Assembly: GCA_011088265.1 (NCBI GenBank)
Contig: JAALKB010000002.1
Coordinates: forward strand, 5,909-69,908
Direction of reading: 5' to 3'
Length of the DNA stretch: 64,000 nucleotides
Source: Gammaproteobacteria bacterium
Lineage (GTDB): Bacteria; Pseudomonadota; Gammaproteobacteria; Arenicellales; Poriferihabitantaceae
The notes under the pieces were generated by a model. The model saw only the letters and a list, made by a program, of their open reading frames with translations. It did no database searches and was not told the DNA's origin. Below are positions 20,863-30,160 of the stretch, one piece after another. The translations under genes were made by a program, and so were the position numbers. Within the stretch, counting starts at the first letter, position 1, and every line of letters begins with the position of its first letter.

Positions 20863-21639
20863 TTATCTCCAACGGACCTGAAAGGCAGTTTTGGCATCTA
20901 CCCACTTTACCGCTGGATGTTCGTCCATTACCGTTAAAAGGCCACTTAAAAAATTCCACGCCTCCCCATCATGTACCAGATGATGAGTTAACAAACCAGT
21001 GGGTTCTGCTGCATCATAAACCCCCAGACGCTTGCCTTTAAGGTGGGCAGTCAATTGTTCAATCACCGACGACTCACCAATAAACGCTCTACCAGACTTC
21101 CAATTTATAATATCCGCATGGGTGTTTACCGCCCAAAGATCCTGTTCGGCTTCCATCGATTTTCTGGGCTTGAAGGTCGATATTCCCTTATAACCGATTT
21201 CGGGCAAACTACTTACCAATGAATGCTCAATTCGGTTCCAGGGTGGCACTAAAATTGCACAAAAGGCTTCTCCAAACTCGTCATTCAGTATGGACATGCC
21301 CCGACATAATTCATCCAGAACAGCTACCGCCCCCCGATGAGAACCCAATTCCTGCTTTTTTTGGTCGGGTTCTGCATAATTCTGGTGTGAGAATCCGTGT
21401 TGTAACACAGTAACGAGAGGATATGGATCGATATCAGCCCCCAGCGAAACATCCAGGCCCTGGGGGATCACCGCCAGAGATACAGGCACCGAGAATTTGT
21501 TTGATAAATCCAGTAATTTTTGCAATTCCAGGGTATAGGACTGAGCGTCGTCATCTCTCCACCAAAAAATCGCCTCCTCCCCGAGAAAGTTCCATTCATC
21601 CAGTTCCTCATATAGGCGTGATACTGTTTCTTCTTTCAT
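20863..21639 (-). CDS. Putative polysaccharide-deacetylase-like protein
   Basis: The WWRDDDA and LQHGFSH motifs resemble the divalent-metal deacetylase fold. The start is chosen at MKEETV, 1 nt after the upstream stop (TAA-A-ATG). The family assignment is from memory only. Confidence 0.5.
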   Translation of the reverse strand: MKEETVSRLYEELDEWNFLGEEAIFWWRDDDAQSYTLELQKLLDLSNKFSVPVSLAVIPQGLDVSLGADIDPYPLVTVLQHGFSHQNYAEPDQKKQELGSHRGAVAVLDELCRGMSILNDEFGEAFCAILVPPWNRIEHSLVSSLPEIGYKGISTFKPRKSMEAEQDLWAVNTHADIINWKSGRAFIGESSVIEQLTAHLKGKRLGVYDAAEPTGLLTHHLVHDGEAWNFLSGLLTVMDEHPAVKWVDAKTAFQVRWR

Positions 21640-21640
21640 T

Positions 21641-22837
21641 TTAACGACACTTTCGACTGAGCTCTTCAATGAATCTGGCGCTTTGTTGCGCCCCATTCGA
21701 CTTGACTTCAAAATCTGTAGGAACTGACTTCATCATGGCCTCATTGATTGCATCACACAGGGTACGAATTGTTAACTCTGGCTCCTCTACCAACACTGAC
21801 AGTCCTTTCTCACTGAAAAGCTTTGCTCTTTGTAACTGTTCAGTTTCTCCATCCGATGAAAAAGGAACCATTACGGATCTGACTCCTGCATGAATAATAT
21901 CAAGACAGGAATTGTATCCAGCCTGGGAAATGGACAGCTCGCATCGACCCAGGAGCAATTGGAAATCTGAGCGATTTTTCTCCACGATAATGTCATCCCT
22001 GGCAAACGTTCGAAGCAAATCAGCATCTCGACGGTGAAGATTTTTCCCAATCAGAATCCGCCAGCGCGCATTTTTCAAGGAACAAAAAGGCTTTGCCTCT
22101 ATGGCAGTTAACAGCAATTTCAGCCCCACAGCACCACCACCTGCTGACACAATCACCTCCCCAAAACCATCCCGCCCGGTACTAACTCCTTCCTGCTGTT
22201 TTAAAACCTGATTTGACTGGGCAATATAACCACTATAGTGCACTAGGGGTTCAATACGATCAGACAAAGGAAATGAAGCCGACAGGGGTACTAATTTCGG
22301 ATCACTGTGCACCAGAACTCCATCGAAATAGGATCTCAACAGGTCCACTGATTCCTGATTTCTCTTTGGAGCCCGGGCTTGCAAAATATCTCGAATAGAA
22401 GATATCACCAGGGGTGGTTTATCCATTGCCTTAACGGCATCCAAAAGAGGCAGTAACTCAAATCTCATTTGTCGACGTCCAAAAGGAAACGTTTCAACAA
22501 TTAGTACCTGAGGCACGAAGTCCATAACCAAAGCCAGAAGTTGTTTGGCTCTGTTTTTTTTCCAGCGCTCATCAACCGGGCAACCCTGTCCGTTCAAAAG
22601 CTGCTTAAAATTTCCTGGTGCAGTTTTAGCGATAGGGAGTTGAACCTGTTCGTAACCCGGGTACTCGCCCTGCTTTATTTCACCTCCGGAAAGCAAAACA
22701 ACATGGTGGTTTCTCTTTGTCAACGCGCTGGCCAATGCCATCATTCGAACAAGATGCCCAGTCCCGAGTAGGTGCTGAACGTAGATAGCGACTCTAAGAA
22801 CAACGGGGGTATCCAGGTCTGAAAATTCGTTGCCCAC
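21641..22837 (-). CDS. Predicted glycosyltransferase, MurG/GT28-like (COG4671-type), paralogue 1, GTG start
   Basis: N-terminus IYVQHLLGTGHL.R. The C-terminus has the S.AGYNS....... pattern of GT-B enzymes. It is a paralogue of the next gene. Confidence 0.62.
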   Translation of the reverse strand: MGNEFSDLDTPVVLRVAIYVQHLLGTGHLVRMMALASALTKRNHHVVLLSGGEIKQGEYPGYEQVQLPIAKTAPGNFKQLLNGQGCPVDERWKKNRAKQLLALVMDFVPQVLIVETFPFGRRQMRFELLPLLDAVKAMDKPPLVISSIRDILQARAPKRNQESVDLLRSYFDGVLVHSDPKLVPLSASFPLSDRIEPLVHYSGYIAQSNQVLKQQEGVSTGRDGFGEVIVSAGGGAVGLKLLLTAIEAKPFCSLKNARWRILIGKNLHRRDADLLRTFARDDIIVEKNRSDFQLLLGRCELSISQAGYNSCLDIIHAGVRSVMVPFSSDGETEQLQRAKLFSEKGLSVLVEEPELTIRTLCDAINEAMMKSVPTDFEVKSNGAQQSARFIEELSRKCR

Positions 22838-22957
22838 CTTAAGTTACCCACCCTAAATTGAATCCGCGTAATGAGTCTTTGGAAAAACCACTCTGACATG
22901 TAGCCCTGACACCTAACAGCGAAGCCTAAAACCGTATTTGACCTTATCAGATATCGG

Positions 22958-24160
22958 TCACTGGTCGTCGTGACTATCCCCAGCATTTGAAGTCAGCAGG
23001 GCCACAACCCGATCACACACCTGGTTCATCCCATCAAGCATCCCAGGCAAAAGGTTATCATGAGGGTTAGGCTGGCTGCACAAATTCCTGATTAACGGAA
23101 TCAGGCTCTGGTAGTTAAAGTTCTCTGGTTCCAACATCGTCACAAGAGAAAGCTCCGCAGCTCGTCTTGCTCGAATCAATTGCTCTGTACGTGGTTCGTA
23201 GCGAGGTATGATAATAGTGGGCTTATTAAAACTCAGAATCTCACAAAAAGTATTATAACCTCCCATAGTAACCAGCCCTTGAGCATTTTCAATCAATAGC
23301 TCCATTCGATTGTGATAATCCAGCACAGTGAATAGCTCAAGTGACTCGGACAGTGATTTGAAATAATCGCGTTTGTCCTCACTCATAAATGGACCCAGTA
23401 TAAAAACCACGGCGGTGGTTAACTCTCTGGAATTTTGGTAAGCCTCAAATACCAGTTCCACCATCTCCTCGCCATCTTTACCACCACCTGGGGTTACGAG
23501 AATATATGGCTCCTCAATATCGAGTTTCACCACATCATCAATGGATGATCGCTTTAGGTAGCCAGTAAAAAAAGTCTTACTATAAATATCGGGTTCAAGT
23601 CCAAGCCCCTTGAATGGTTCATAAAAGGATTCCAGGCCATAAACCCAAATCTCATCATACAAGTCCTTTAATGCAGGTAATGCAGCTTTCATTCCCCACT
23701 CTCTTTGAAGGGAACGACTTTCATCAATGATATCCCTTTCACCCAACACCGTCTTAATCCCTTTTCCACGCAACATCCTGAGTGTTTCGCGAACTTCGCC
23801 CTTAAGTCCAAGCGGCTCTTTATCAACGATAAAGAGATCTGGGTCAAAAACTTCTGCAGTTTTCAGAATGATCGCCTCCCTTATAGCCATCGTCTGATCC
23901 AGATTAATATGCAATCCTAACGACGTATATCGACCATCCTTTAATTTGATGACACCCGGAATTCGCACAAAGTCCACTCTAGCCCGAAATTCAAAACTCC
24001 CAATCACTGGAGATCCAGAAAGGATAAGGACGGATATCCCTTTGTATCGGCCAACCAGCTCATGTGCGATGGCTCGACATCTTCTAAGGTGACCCAAGCC
24101 AAATGTATCATGGCTATATATCAACACCCGGGCATTATCGAGGCGGGTGGTTTCCACCAT
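22958..24160 (-). CDS. Predicted glycosyltransferase, MurG/GT28-like (COG4671-type), paralogue 2
   Basis: N-terminus IYSHDTFGLGHLRRC, plus a C-terminal MGGYNT.CE motif. It has the same architecture as 21641-22837. Confidence 0.62.
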   Translation of the reverse strand: MVETTRLDNARVLIYSHDTFGLGHLRRCRAIAHELVGRYKGISVLILSGSPVIGSFEFRARVDFVRIPGVIKLKDGRYTSLGLHINLDQTMAIREAIILKTAEVFDPDLFIVDKEPLGLKGEVRETLRMLRGKGIKTVLGERDIIDESRSLQREWGMKAALPALKDLYDEIWVYGLESFYEPFKGLGLEPDIYSKTFFTGYLKRSSIDDVVKLDIEEPYILVTPGGGKDGEEMVELVFEAYQNSRELTTAVVFILGPFMSEDKRDYFKSLSESLELFTVLDYHNRMELLIENAQGLVTMGGYNTFCEILSFNKPTIIIPRYEPRTEQLIRARRAAELSLVTMLEPENFNYQSLIPLIRNLCSQPNPHDNLLPGMLDGMNQVCDRVVALLTSNAGDSHDDQ

Positions 24161-24202
24161 GGCAAAAAGTGTTTGGTTTATTAAAGGTGTGAAGTTTCTT
24201 TT

Positions 24203-24952
24203 CTAGGCTGCGTTTAAACTGGAAGAATCGAAAAGAAGAACAACTAGCTGCAACAGTTCAGCAACTTTCTCCGGATTATCTGCTATCTGAACCCACTCAA
24301 AGTTAGCTAACTTTTTAGGTGATTGGCCACTTTGCTCCTTTTTTACTGTTGCTCTGTGGGAAACATATACATTCGTCTTACTCGCAGCAACCCTTTCAAG
24401 ACGCATTCCATACTTATCATGAGACGTACCCTGCCCTACTATGCGATTGAAAAGTGCTTTTGCAAATTCTTTCGTCCCCCTTGCGCCATGTGAATCCTCG
24501 ATCCAGTCTGTTTCCATCAAACCAGCTGCGGGTTTGAAGGTAGTAAGGCTGATCTGTTCTCCAGCCCAGTAATCGGCGAGACGTTGCCATACCTCTTCAG
24601 CAGGAGCATCAATTTCCAACCACTGACTATTTCCATTCGAGACAATTCTTGCTCCAACAACTTCAGGCAAAACACGATTTTCACTTAGCTCTTTATTATT
24701 GTTGTAACCTTCCACGATCACATCGTTTGAAGACTCCAGTAAATCAGGGGGAAGAGCTAACGAGGTAGATCTCTGCCTCTCTTCAATATACTTTTTTATA
24801 CGTGTGGACTTATCAACACCAAGCTTCTTATTATATTGTGTGGCGCTTTCCTGGGAAGCCGTTTGCTTGCCAGAAGTACTGCATCCAACCAGAGAGAAAG
24901 CCAGAACGATCAAAACGAAGAAATTCGCTACAGATAAATGATAACTAGACAT
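24203..24952 (-). CDS. Short BamC (NlpB)-like outer-membrane lipoprotein
   Basis: Lipobox LVGCS, followed by LALPPDL, VLPEV.GARI....WLEIDAP.EEVW.RL..YW and GLMETDW blocks like the BamC N-terminal region and first helix-grip domain. At 249 aa there is no room for a second domain. Confidence 0.5.
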   Translation of the reverse strand: MSSYHLSVANFFVLIVLAFSLVGCSTSGKQTASQESATQYNKKLGVDKSTRIKKYIEERQRSTSLALPPDLLESSNDVIVEGYNNNKELSENRVLPEVVGARIVSNGNSQWLEIDAPAEEVWQRLADYWAGEQISLTTFKPAAGLMETDWIEDSHGARGTKEFAKALFNRIVGQGTSHDKYGMRLERVAASKTNVYVSHRATVKKEQSGQSPKKLANFEWVQIADNPEKVAELLQLVVLLFDSSSLNAA

Positions 24953-25041
24953 AGGGATAAAGTTAAACGCGAATGTAAATTACGGCAAAGGATATCACAA
25001 TACAGTGAGCAAACAGCCAAAATAAATACCTGTGAAACACT

Positions 25042-25067
25042 AATACCGTACAGAAATACCGTACAGA
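25042..25067. repeat. Perfect 13-bp tandem duplication (aataccgtacaga x2)
   Basis: Read directly: 25042-25054 is identical to 25055-25067. Confidence 0.9.
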
Positions 25068-25171
25068 GCATCAAACAGAACAAATTCGATCCAGACAAAC
25101 GGATGAGTATCCGCTATAGAAAGCCTATAGGCTCAAGAAAGTCATATATGCCCGAATGAGAACCATCCATA

Positions 25172-25204
25172 CTAATCTGGTTCTAATCTGGTTCTAATCT
25201 GGTT
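25172..25204. repeat. Perfect 11-bp tandem repeat (ctaatctggtt x3)
   Basis: Read directly. It is flanked by short gaacca/tggttc and ctggtt/aaccag inverted repeats. Confidence 0.9.
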
Positions 25205-25486
25205 GGTTTCCATCCTAACCAGGCTAGTTCCAGCCGCTTATCCCTCATTGAAAACCTAGTGGCGACAAAACAGATTTGACATTCATATTTAAAGAAGCAA
25301 CCAGTAACATAAATTGTACGGATCTATGTGCGGGTATAGCTCATTATCCAGGTAAAGCCTGGGGGGAGAATCGATGATCCACATCGAATAACCCGGTCCC
25401 ACATCACCAAAATGGCCAACATTACCGAAATATTAACAAAACATTAAAAAAAATTAATATTTATGCAAAAAAAGGGGGGTAGCGTA

Positions 25487-25514
25487 TTGCATTCGCCAAA
25501 TTAATTGATATAGT
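25487..25514 (+). promoter_or_regulatory. Candidate sigma70 promoter of the porin gene (TTGCAT-N16-TATAGT)
   Basis: Hexamers and spacing were read directly. An A/T-rich tract lies immediately upstream. The predicted leader to the porin ATG is about 140 nt. Confidence 0.35.
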
Positions 25515-25656
25515 TGCCCTCGCTGCAAGGTAATCTGTTCCTTTTATAGTTAGCCGATCTGCAATGCGATTTTGCTGAGAATAGCTGATATTTCTGGAAA
25601 TGGTTGCCCTAAATCTTTTGGAATGTAATTACACTGTAAGAGAGGTAAATCTCATA

Positions 25657-26595
25657 ATGAATAAAAAACTAATTGCGATAGCAGTAGCTACAGTAGTAGC
25701 AGCACCAGCAGTTTCTGCTGATGTCACTGTATATGGTCGTATCAACAACGCGCTTGAAATGAGCGACAATGGTTCATCTAACACCACTGATATCTCAAGT
25801 GTTGGTTCACGTTTCGGCATCAAAGCCAGCTCTGATCTGGGCAATGGCATGACCGTTTCTGGCAAATACGAATTTGTTACCGTAACTGATAAAAAGCAGA
25901 ACAACATCGCCGACCTTCGTGTTGGTACTGTTGGTATTTCTGGTGGCTTCGGAAGCATCACCGTTGGTAACCAGTGGAGCTCTTTCTTTGACACTGTTGG
26001 AACCAACATGGATCCAGCTTACTCTCTGGGCAACTACCTGTTCACTGCTGCTGGCGGTGCTTACAGATCTTCTAACACTGTTAAATACTCTAACAGCTTT
26101 GGACCTGTATACCTGGAAGCTGATCTTCGTTTGAATGAATCAGGTGAAGGCGCAGACGTAGCTGAAGGCCTTCGTGGCGACGGATACGGAATCGGTGTTA
26201 GTGTTTCTGCTACCGACAACCTGACTGTTGCTGCTGCTATCGACAGCGAAGAAGGTCAAGACGGTGTTGACACGGATCGTTCCGGTATTTCTGCCAGACT
26301 GAATGCTGGAAATTTCTACGGCATGTTAGGTCACCTGAAATCACAAGTAGGTTCAGCTGCTGAGAAATCACAAACCCAACTTTGGTTAGGTGGTACTTTC
26401 GGAAGCACTACTCTTCAACTTGGTCTTGGTCAAGCTGATCTGGGCAATGCAGAAGATGCGTCTCAAACCACTTTTGGTGTATACCACAACATGGGCGGCG
26501 GCGCGAAAATCTACTATGAAGGTGCACACGTTGATGAGCTGAGCGCTGGTTCAGAACTGACCCGTCACCTGATTGGTCTGCGTTACGACTACTAG
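25657..26595 (+). CDS. General porin (Gram-negative OmpC/porin_4-like beta-barrel)
   Basis: Signal peptide MNKKLIAIAVATVVAAPAVSA, then DVTVYGRIN, alternating beta-strand composition, and a C-terminal GLRYDY. The Shine-Dalgarno sequence is agagagg. The ORF opens at 25600. Confidence 0.85.
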   Translation: MNKKLIAIAVATVVAAPAVSADVTVYGRINNALEMSDNGSSNTTDISSVGSRFGIKASSDLGNGMTVSGKYEFVTVTDKKQNNIADLRVGTVGISGGFGSITVGNQWSSFFDTVGTNMDPAYSLGNYLFTAAGGAYRSSNTVKYSNSFGPVYLEADLRLNESGEGADVAEGLRGDGYGIGVSVSATDNLTVAAAIDSEEGQDGVDTDRSGISARLNAGNFYGMLGHLKSQVGSAAEKSQTQLWLGGTFGSTTLQLGLGQADLGNAEDASQTTFGVYHNMGGGAKIYYEGAHVDELSAGSELTRHLIGLRYDY

Positions 26596-26620
26596 GTTAA
26601 GTTTTTACCTAGTAGTAAAA

Positions 26621-26645
26621 AACGGGGCTTCAGCCCCGTTTTTTT
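26621..26645 (+). terminator. Rho-independent terminator after the porin gene
   Basis: The structure is aacggggc-ttca-gccccgtt followed by a T-run. An A-run lies 5' of the stem, so bidirectional function is possible. Confidence 0.8.
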
Positions 26646-26759
26646 GTTCTCGTTTTATTCTCAGTGTATTCCTTTTTTTACCCGCATCGAACTCTTACTT
26701 GAATGCTTAAAGAGTGCTGATTACATCTGAACAGGTCCAATCAACCATTCCACTAAGGT

Positions 26760-26783
26760 CTCTGGATCAGGCTCTGGATCAGA
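26760..26783. repeat. Near-perfect 12-bp tandem duplication (ctctggatcagg / ctctggatcaga)
   Basis: Read directly; 11 of 12 positions are identical. Confidence 0.8.
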
Positions 26784-26836
26784 ATATACAAATCAGGCGA
26801 TTCCATTCGTCAGGTCGAACACCGATTTTTCCCGGA

Positions 26837-28849
26837 TCAAGGCCTGAGGTATCCATATTCATCATCAAGAATACCCGCTTCTTTCAAAATCTCAGCAGCT
26901 GGTCGCAGCTGTGTTTCGTAGTTTCTCCAACGCTCTTTTGAGCGAGTGTAAATACCTTGTCGAACCTGCCAAATACTCGCGGTCCTAACCGCTGTGGCGG
27001 CTTTCTTACTATCCAGACACTTGTCATCCCAAGGCAATCCAACGCCTTCCACTAGTTGTTTTGCCTGATTTTCATGGTCAGTGACCAATTCTTCGTAACT
27101 AACGTTATAGATCTCTCCATGGAAAACCTGATTCCACTTTTTCATTACTTCAGAATATCGAATGTAGTAGTTAGCCAGCACTTCCAGGTTATAAACAAAG
27201 CCAACATCTGAGCCATATAGCTGAAAATAATTGGATATGATGACATCCAATGGGTGTCGTTGACAGTTGATAATCGGAGACTCGGGAAACATTGCCTTTA
27301 TTAACCAAACATGGACAAAGTTAAAAGGCATCTTGTCAACGAAGTAGCTGGTTTCGATGTTGTGTAACCGCCCTACCCACTCGTGATAGACGGAGGTTTC
27401 ATTAGTGAATTCCGGTTCGCCAATATGCAAAAAGTCATCCGGATAGACTCTTGCCGGCGTTGAGTTTTTTTCAAGTCGGGTAATCGCTCTCTCAATACAG
27501 GGTAACTCCCCACAACCGGTAACCATAGGATGACGCGAAAGAATTTGCTCTACCAGAGTAGTTCCACTACGAGGCATGCCCAGGACAAAGATAGGAAAAG
27601 CAGGATTATCATATTGACTTACCTCAGATGCCCTATTATTCAAAACTTCCGGAATACGATCGATGTGTGCAAGATAAGCTTCCAAGTTTGTTCTGGATTC
27701 AGCAAATTGTAGATCGTTACCAATCTCGTAGGTTTCAAAACTCTTTTCATATTCGCCGCAATCATCGTAAATTTTCCCCAGGGCGAACGCTAACGTCTTA
27801 GTCACCAACGGATCCTCCTCCTTATGCTCCCAGAGTCTGATTAGTGTTTTCGCATCTTGATCTTCCATTGATTCGAATCGCTTCATTGCCACCAGATTTC
27901 GATAGGTTTCCGCATATCCAGGATTAGCCTCTATAGACATTCGATAGTATCTTTCTGCATTTTCTTTATCCCCCAAAGAAGAATATGCCAGCCCCCTATT
28001 ATTTAGAAATTCCGGGTTGCCAGGGTCGAGTTCAATGGCCTTTTGATAAGCTTCACTGGCTTTCGAAATACCATCTAACTGGAAATAGGCATTGCCGAGA
28101 GAATTCCATAACCGGGGATTTCCAGAATCCCGTTCGAGTAAGGTATTGCATAACTCAATAACGTGGAAATGTGAGCGACTGGTTTCCCGAAGAGACAAAT
28201 CCAACCATAATACCGAGTCGGTTTCTCCTTGCTGCTGCTTTATTTTCGAAATCACCAAAACACCCGCATCGAATTCTCTTGTGTGAATCAGTATCTGAGC
28301 CAGCTCCGAATACTTACTCTCTTGAGGTGACTCAAGCAATAATGGTGCGAGCAATCTACGGGCTTCCTCAAAATTGCCCAATTCAAGCTCGACATTCGCT
28401 AAGTTAAATCTAACTTCCGAATCACGAGGGTTGAGATTGTGTGAGTTGAGAAGCAAATCTCTAGCCTGTTGATGGTCACCCCGTGATGCCAATAGGGAAC
28501 CCAGAAGATTGTTCGCTCTGATATTCTCTTTATCAGTCAGTAGTAATTTGGAAACCAGATCAAAAGCAGTATTGCTTTCACCAATCAAGTCATAGGAAAT
28601 AGCAAGATTAACGATCGCATCGTTCATTTTAGGATTTATCCCCAAAGCCTTCCTGTAAGCCTGGATCCCACCACGATGATCATTCAGGTATTGATTGCAT
28701 AAACCCAGGTTGTACCAAACCAGAGCATTGTTCTTTACCTTTCTGGCAGTCTTTTCGAATCCTTTTTTTGCCGACCGATAGTCACCACTTTGCAATGCCA
28801 GGGCTGATTTTTTGAACAGTGATTGCAAAAAGGCTTGTTCGTCTTTCAT
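26837..28849 (-). CDS. TPR-repeat protein with a C-terminal sulfotransferase domain
   Basis: The N-terminal ~400 aa consist of TPR-like repeats (A...Y..AL..NP). The PAPS-binding 5'-PSB loop GMPRSGTT is encoded at 27557-27574, followed by a sulfotransferase-like C-terminus. Confidence 0.78.
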   Translation of the reverse strand: MKDEQAFLQSLFKKSALALQSGDYRSAKKGFEKTARKVKNNALVWYNLGLCNQYLNDHRGGIQAYRKALGINPKMNDAIVNLAISYDLIGESNTAFDLVSKLLLTDKENIRANNLLGSLLASRGDHQQARDLLLNSHNLNPRDSEVRFNLANVELELGNFEEARRLLAPLLLESPQESKYSELAQILIHTREFDAGVLVISKIKQQQGETDSVLWLDLSLRETSRSHFHVIELCNTLLERDSGNPRLWNSLGNAYFQLDGISKASEAYQKAIELDPGNPEFLNNRGLAYSSLGDKENAERYYRMSIEANPGYAETYRNLVAMKRFESMEDQDAKTLIRLWEHKEEDPLVTKTLAFALGKIYDDCGEYEKSFETYEIGNDLQFAESRTNLEAYLAHIDRIPEVLNNRASEVSQYDNPAFPIFVLGMPRSGTTLVEQILSRHPMVTGCGELPCIERAITRLEKNSTPARVYPDDFLHIGEPEFTNETSVYHEWVGRLHNIETSYFVDKMPFNFVHVWLIKAMFPESPIINCQRHPLDVIISNYFQLYGSDVGFVYNLEVLANYYIRYSEVMKKWNQVFHGEIYNVSYEELVTDHENQAKQLVEGVGLPWDDKCLDSKKAATAVRTASIWQVRQGIYTRSKERWRNYETQLRPAAEILKEAGILDDEYGYLRP

Positions 28850-29031
28850 GGAGAAATATTGTCAGAGGAAACAGATAACGGGATTCGCCGATTATTTAGA
28901 GAAAATCAAAAATAAAATCAGCAAAAATTTATTTCAGTAGAGGAGAATAAGTTGGTATTTTAGCCTATTCCGGTTTGCTCTGGAGGCAATTCTTCTTTAA
29001 ACTCCGAGCCTGTTCAAAATAACGATAGTCA

Positions 29032-29250
29032 ATGGCAAAAGAAGAAAGCATAGAGATGGAAGGTACCATTGTGGACGCCTTACCAAACACTCAATTCAAA
29101 GTAAAACTTGAGAATGGGCATGAAATTATTGCACATATTTCGGGCAAAATGCGGAAACACTATATCCGCATACTTCGCGGTGATACAGTAACTGTGCAGA
29201 TTACTCCTTACGATCTATCCAAAGGCAGAATCACCTTTCGCGCGCGTTAA
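29032..29250 (+). CDS. infA: Translation initiation factor IF-1
   Basis: The 72-aa sequence is near-canonical (MAKEE.IEMEGT....LPN..F.V.LENGH...[18 protein letters not shown]...PYDL.KGRI..R). Confidence 0.97.
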   Translation: MAKEESIEMEGTIVDALPNTQFKVKLENGHEIIAHISGKMRKHYIRILRGDTVTVQITPYDLSKGRITFRAR

Positions 29251-30160
29251 TCCCTAGTCGCTTTAGATAACTTCCGATAGTCACTCTGGCTGCTAGCCAA
29301 CCCAACCCCCCCGCAGCCGCAACCACACCAACCGTTGATGTCAACCCCACCCACGGGATAGTAAAATTAGTATCATAGAGTACGGCTAATGCGTTAACGG
29401 AGTGACCGATAACCAATAGTGAAATATTAGTCAATACAAGGGCAAACAAAGCACCAAGAACACCTTGTAACATACCAAAGTACAAAAATGGTCGGCGAAT
29501 AAATGTTCGGGTTCCTCCTATTTGATCTACTATTTCAATCTCGTCTCTTCGGCTCAGTATTTCCAAATGGGCCGTATTGCTGATTATTAATACGATTCCC
29601 AATCCCATCAATATTGCCAGCACATAGAGCATCTGTTTGAAAACCTTTATTAGTCCCGAGAATCGCTGGATCCAATCCCGATCATAACTAATGGTGTCAA
29701 CCTCTGGTCTTTCTGACAGCTGATTTACCAGGGCGTCCAGAGCGCCCTCGGTCAACGACTCATCTGGAAATACGATGAGCAAAGGAGGCAGAGGGTTTTC
29801 TGGCAAACCATCCAAAATGGAACCAAACCCGGACGTACGTTTAAAATCAACAAGCGCTTCCAAAGGGGAGATATATTCAATATCCGAGATACTTTCAAAA
29901 CCCAAAAGTTCCCTACCGAAGGATTGAGATTGACTATCGATATCGACGCCACTGAATGTCAGGAAAAGTGATATTTGAGGCGTTCCTTGCCACTGATTGC
30001 TAACACTATCCATACTTTCAGCTATTTTGAACAGGAGAAGTGGCAAGGTGATCGCGATAGAGAGCACCATGACTGCCATAAATGTTGGCAAAGGGCTTCT
30101 AATCATCCTCCCCAGCGTGTCAAACAACACCTGCAAGTGTCGAAAAAAATAAACCTTCAT
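29231..30160 (-). CDS. ftsX: Cell division ABC transporter permease FtsX
   Basis: Four transmembrane segments with a periplasmic loop. The gene follows ftsE with a 4-nt overlap. Confidence 0.9.
   Translation of the reverse strand: MKVYFFRHLQVLFDTLGRMIRSPLPTFMAVMVLSIAITLPLLLFKIAESMDSVSNQWQGTPQISLFLTFSGVDIDSQSQSFGRELLGFESISDIEYISPLEALVDFKRTSGFGSILDGLPENPLPPLLIVFPDESLTEGALDALVNQLSERPEVDTISYDRDWIQRFSGLIKVFKQMLYVLAILMGLGIVLIISNTAHLEILSRRDEIEIVDQIGGTRTFIRRPFLYFGMLQGVLGALFALVLTNISLLVIGHSVNALAVLYDTNFTIPWVGLTSTVGVVAAAGGLGWLAARVTIGSYLKRLGINARER

Noticed and set aside
24938-25159. A 73-aa basic ORF in the large intergenic region upstream of the porin.
   Set aside because: It has no ribosome-binding site, a low-complexity Lys/Arg-rich sequence and no recognisable domain. 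It overlaps the tandem-repeat region, so it is more likely non-coding.
25172-25204. Short tandem repeats considered as a CRISPR array or minisatellite.
   Set aside because: The units are contiguous with no spacers and are only 11-14 bp long, and no cas genes are present. This is not a CRISPR array.
19711-28849. A Nod-factor-like logic (deacetylase plus glycosyltransferase plus sulfotransferase, by analogy with NodB/NodC/NodH).
   Set aside because: The glycosyltransferases are GT4 and MurG-like, not NodC-type GT2. The sulfotransferase is a TPR fusion in a separate transcription unit. The analogy is superficial.
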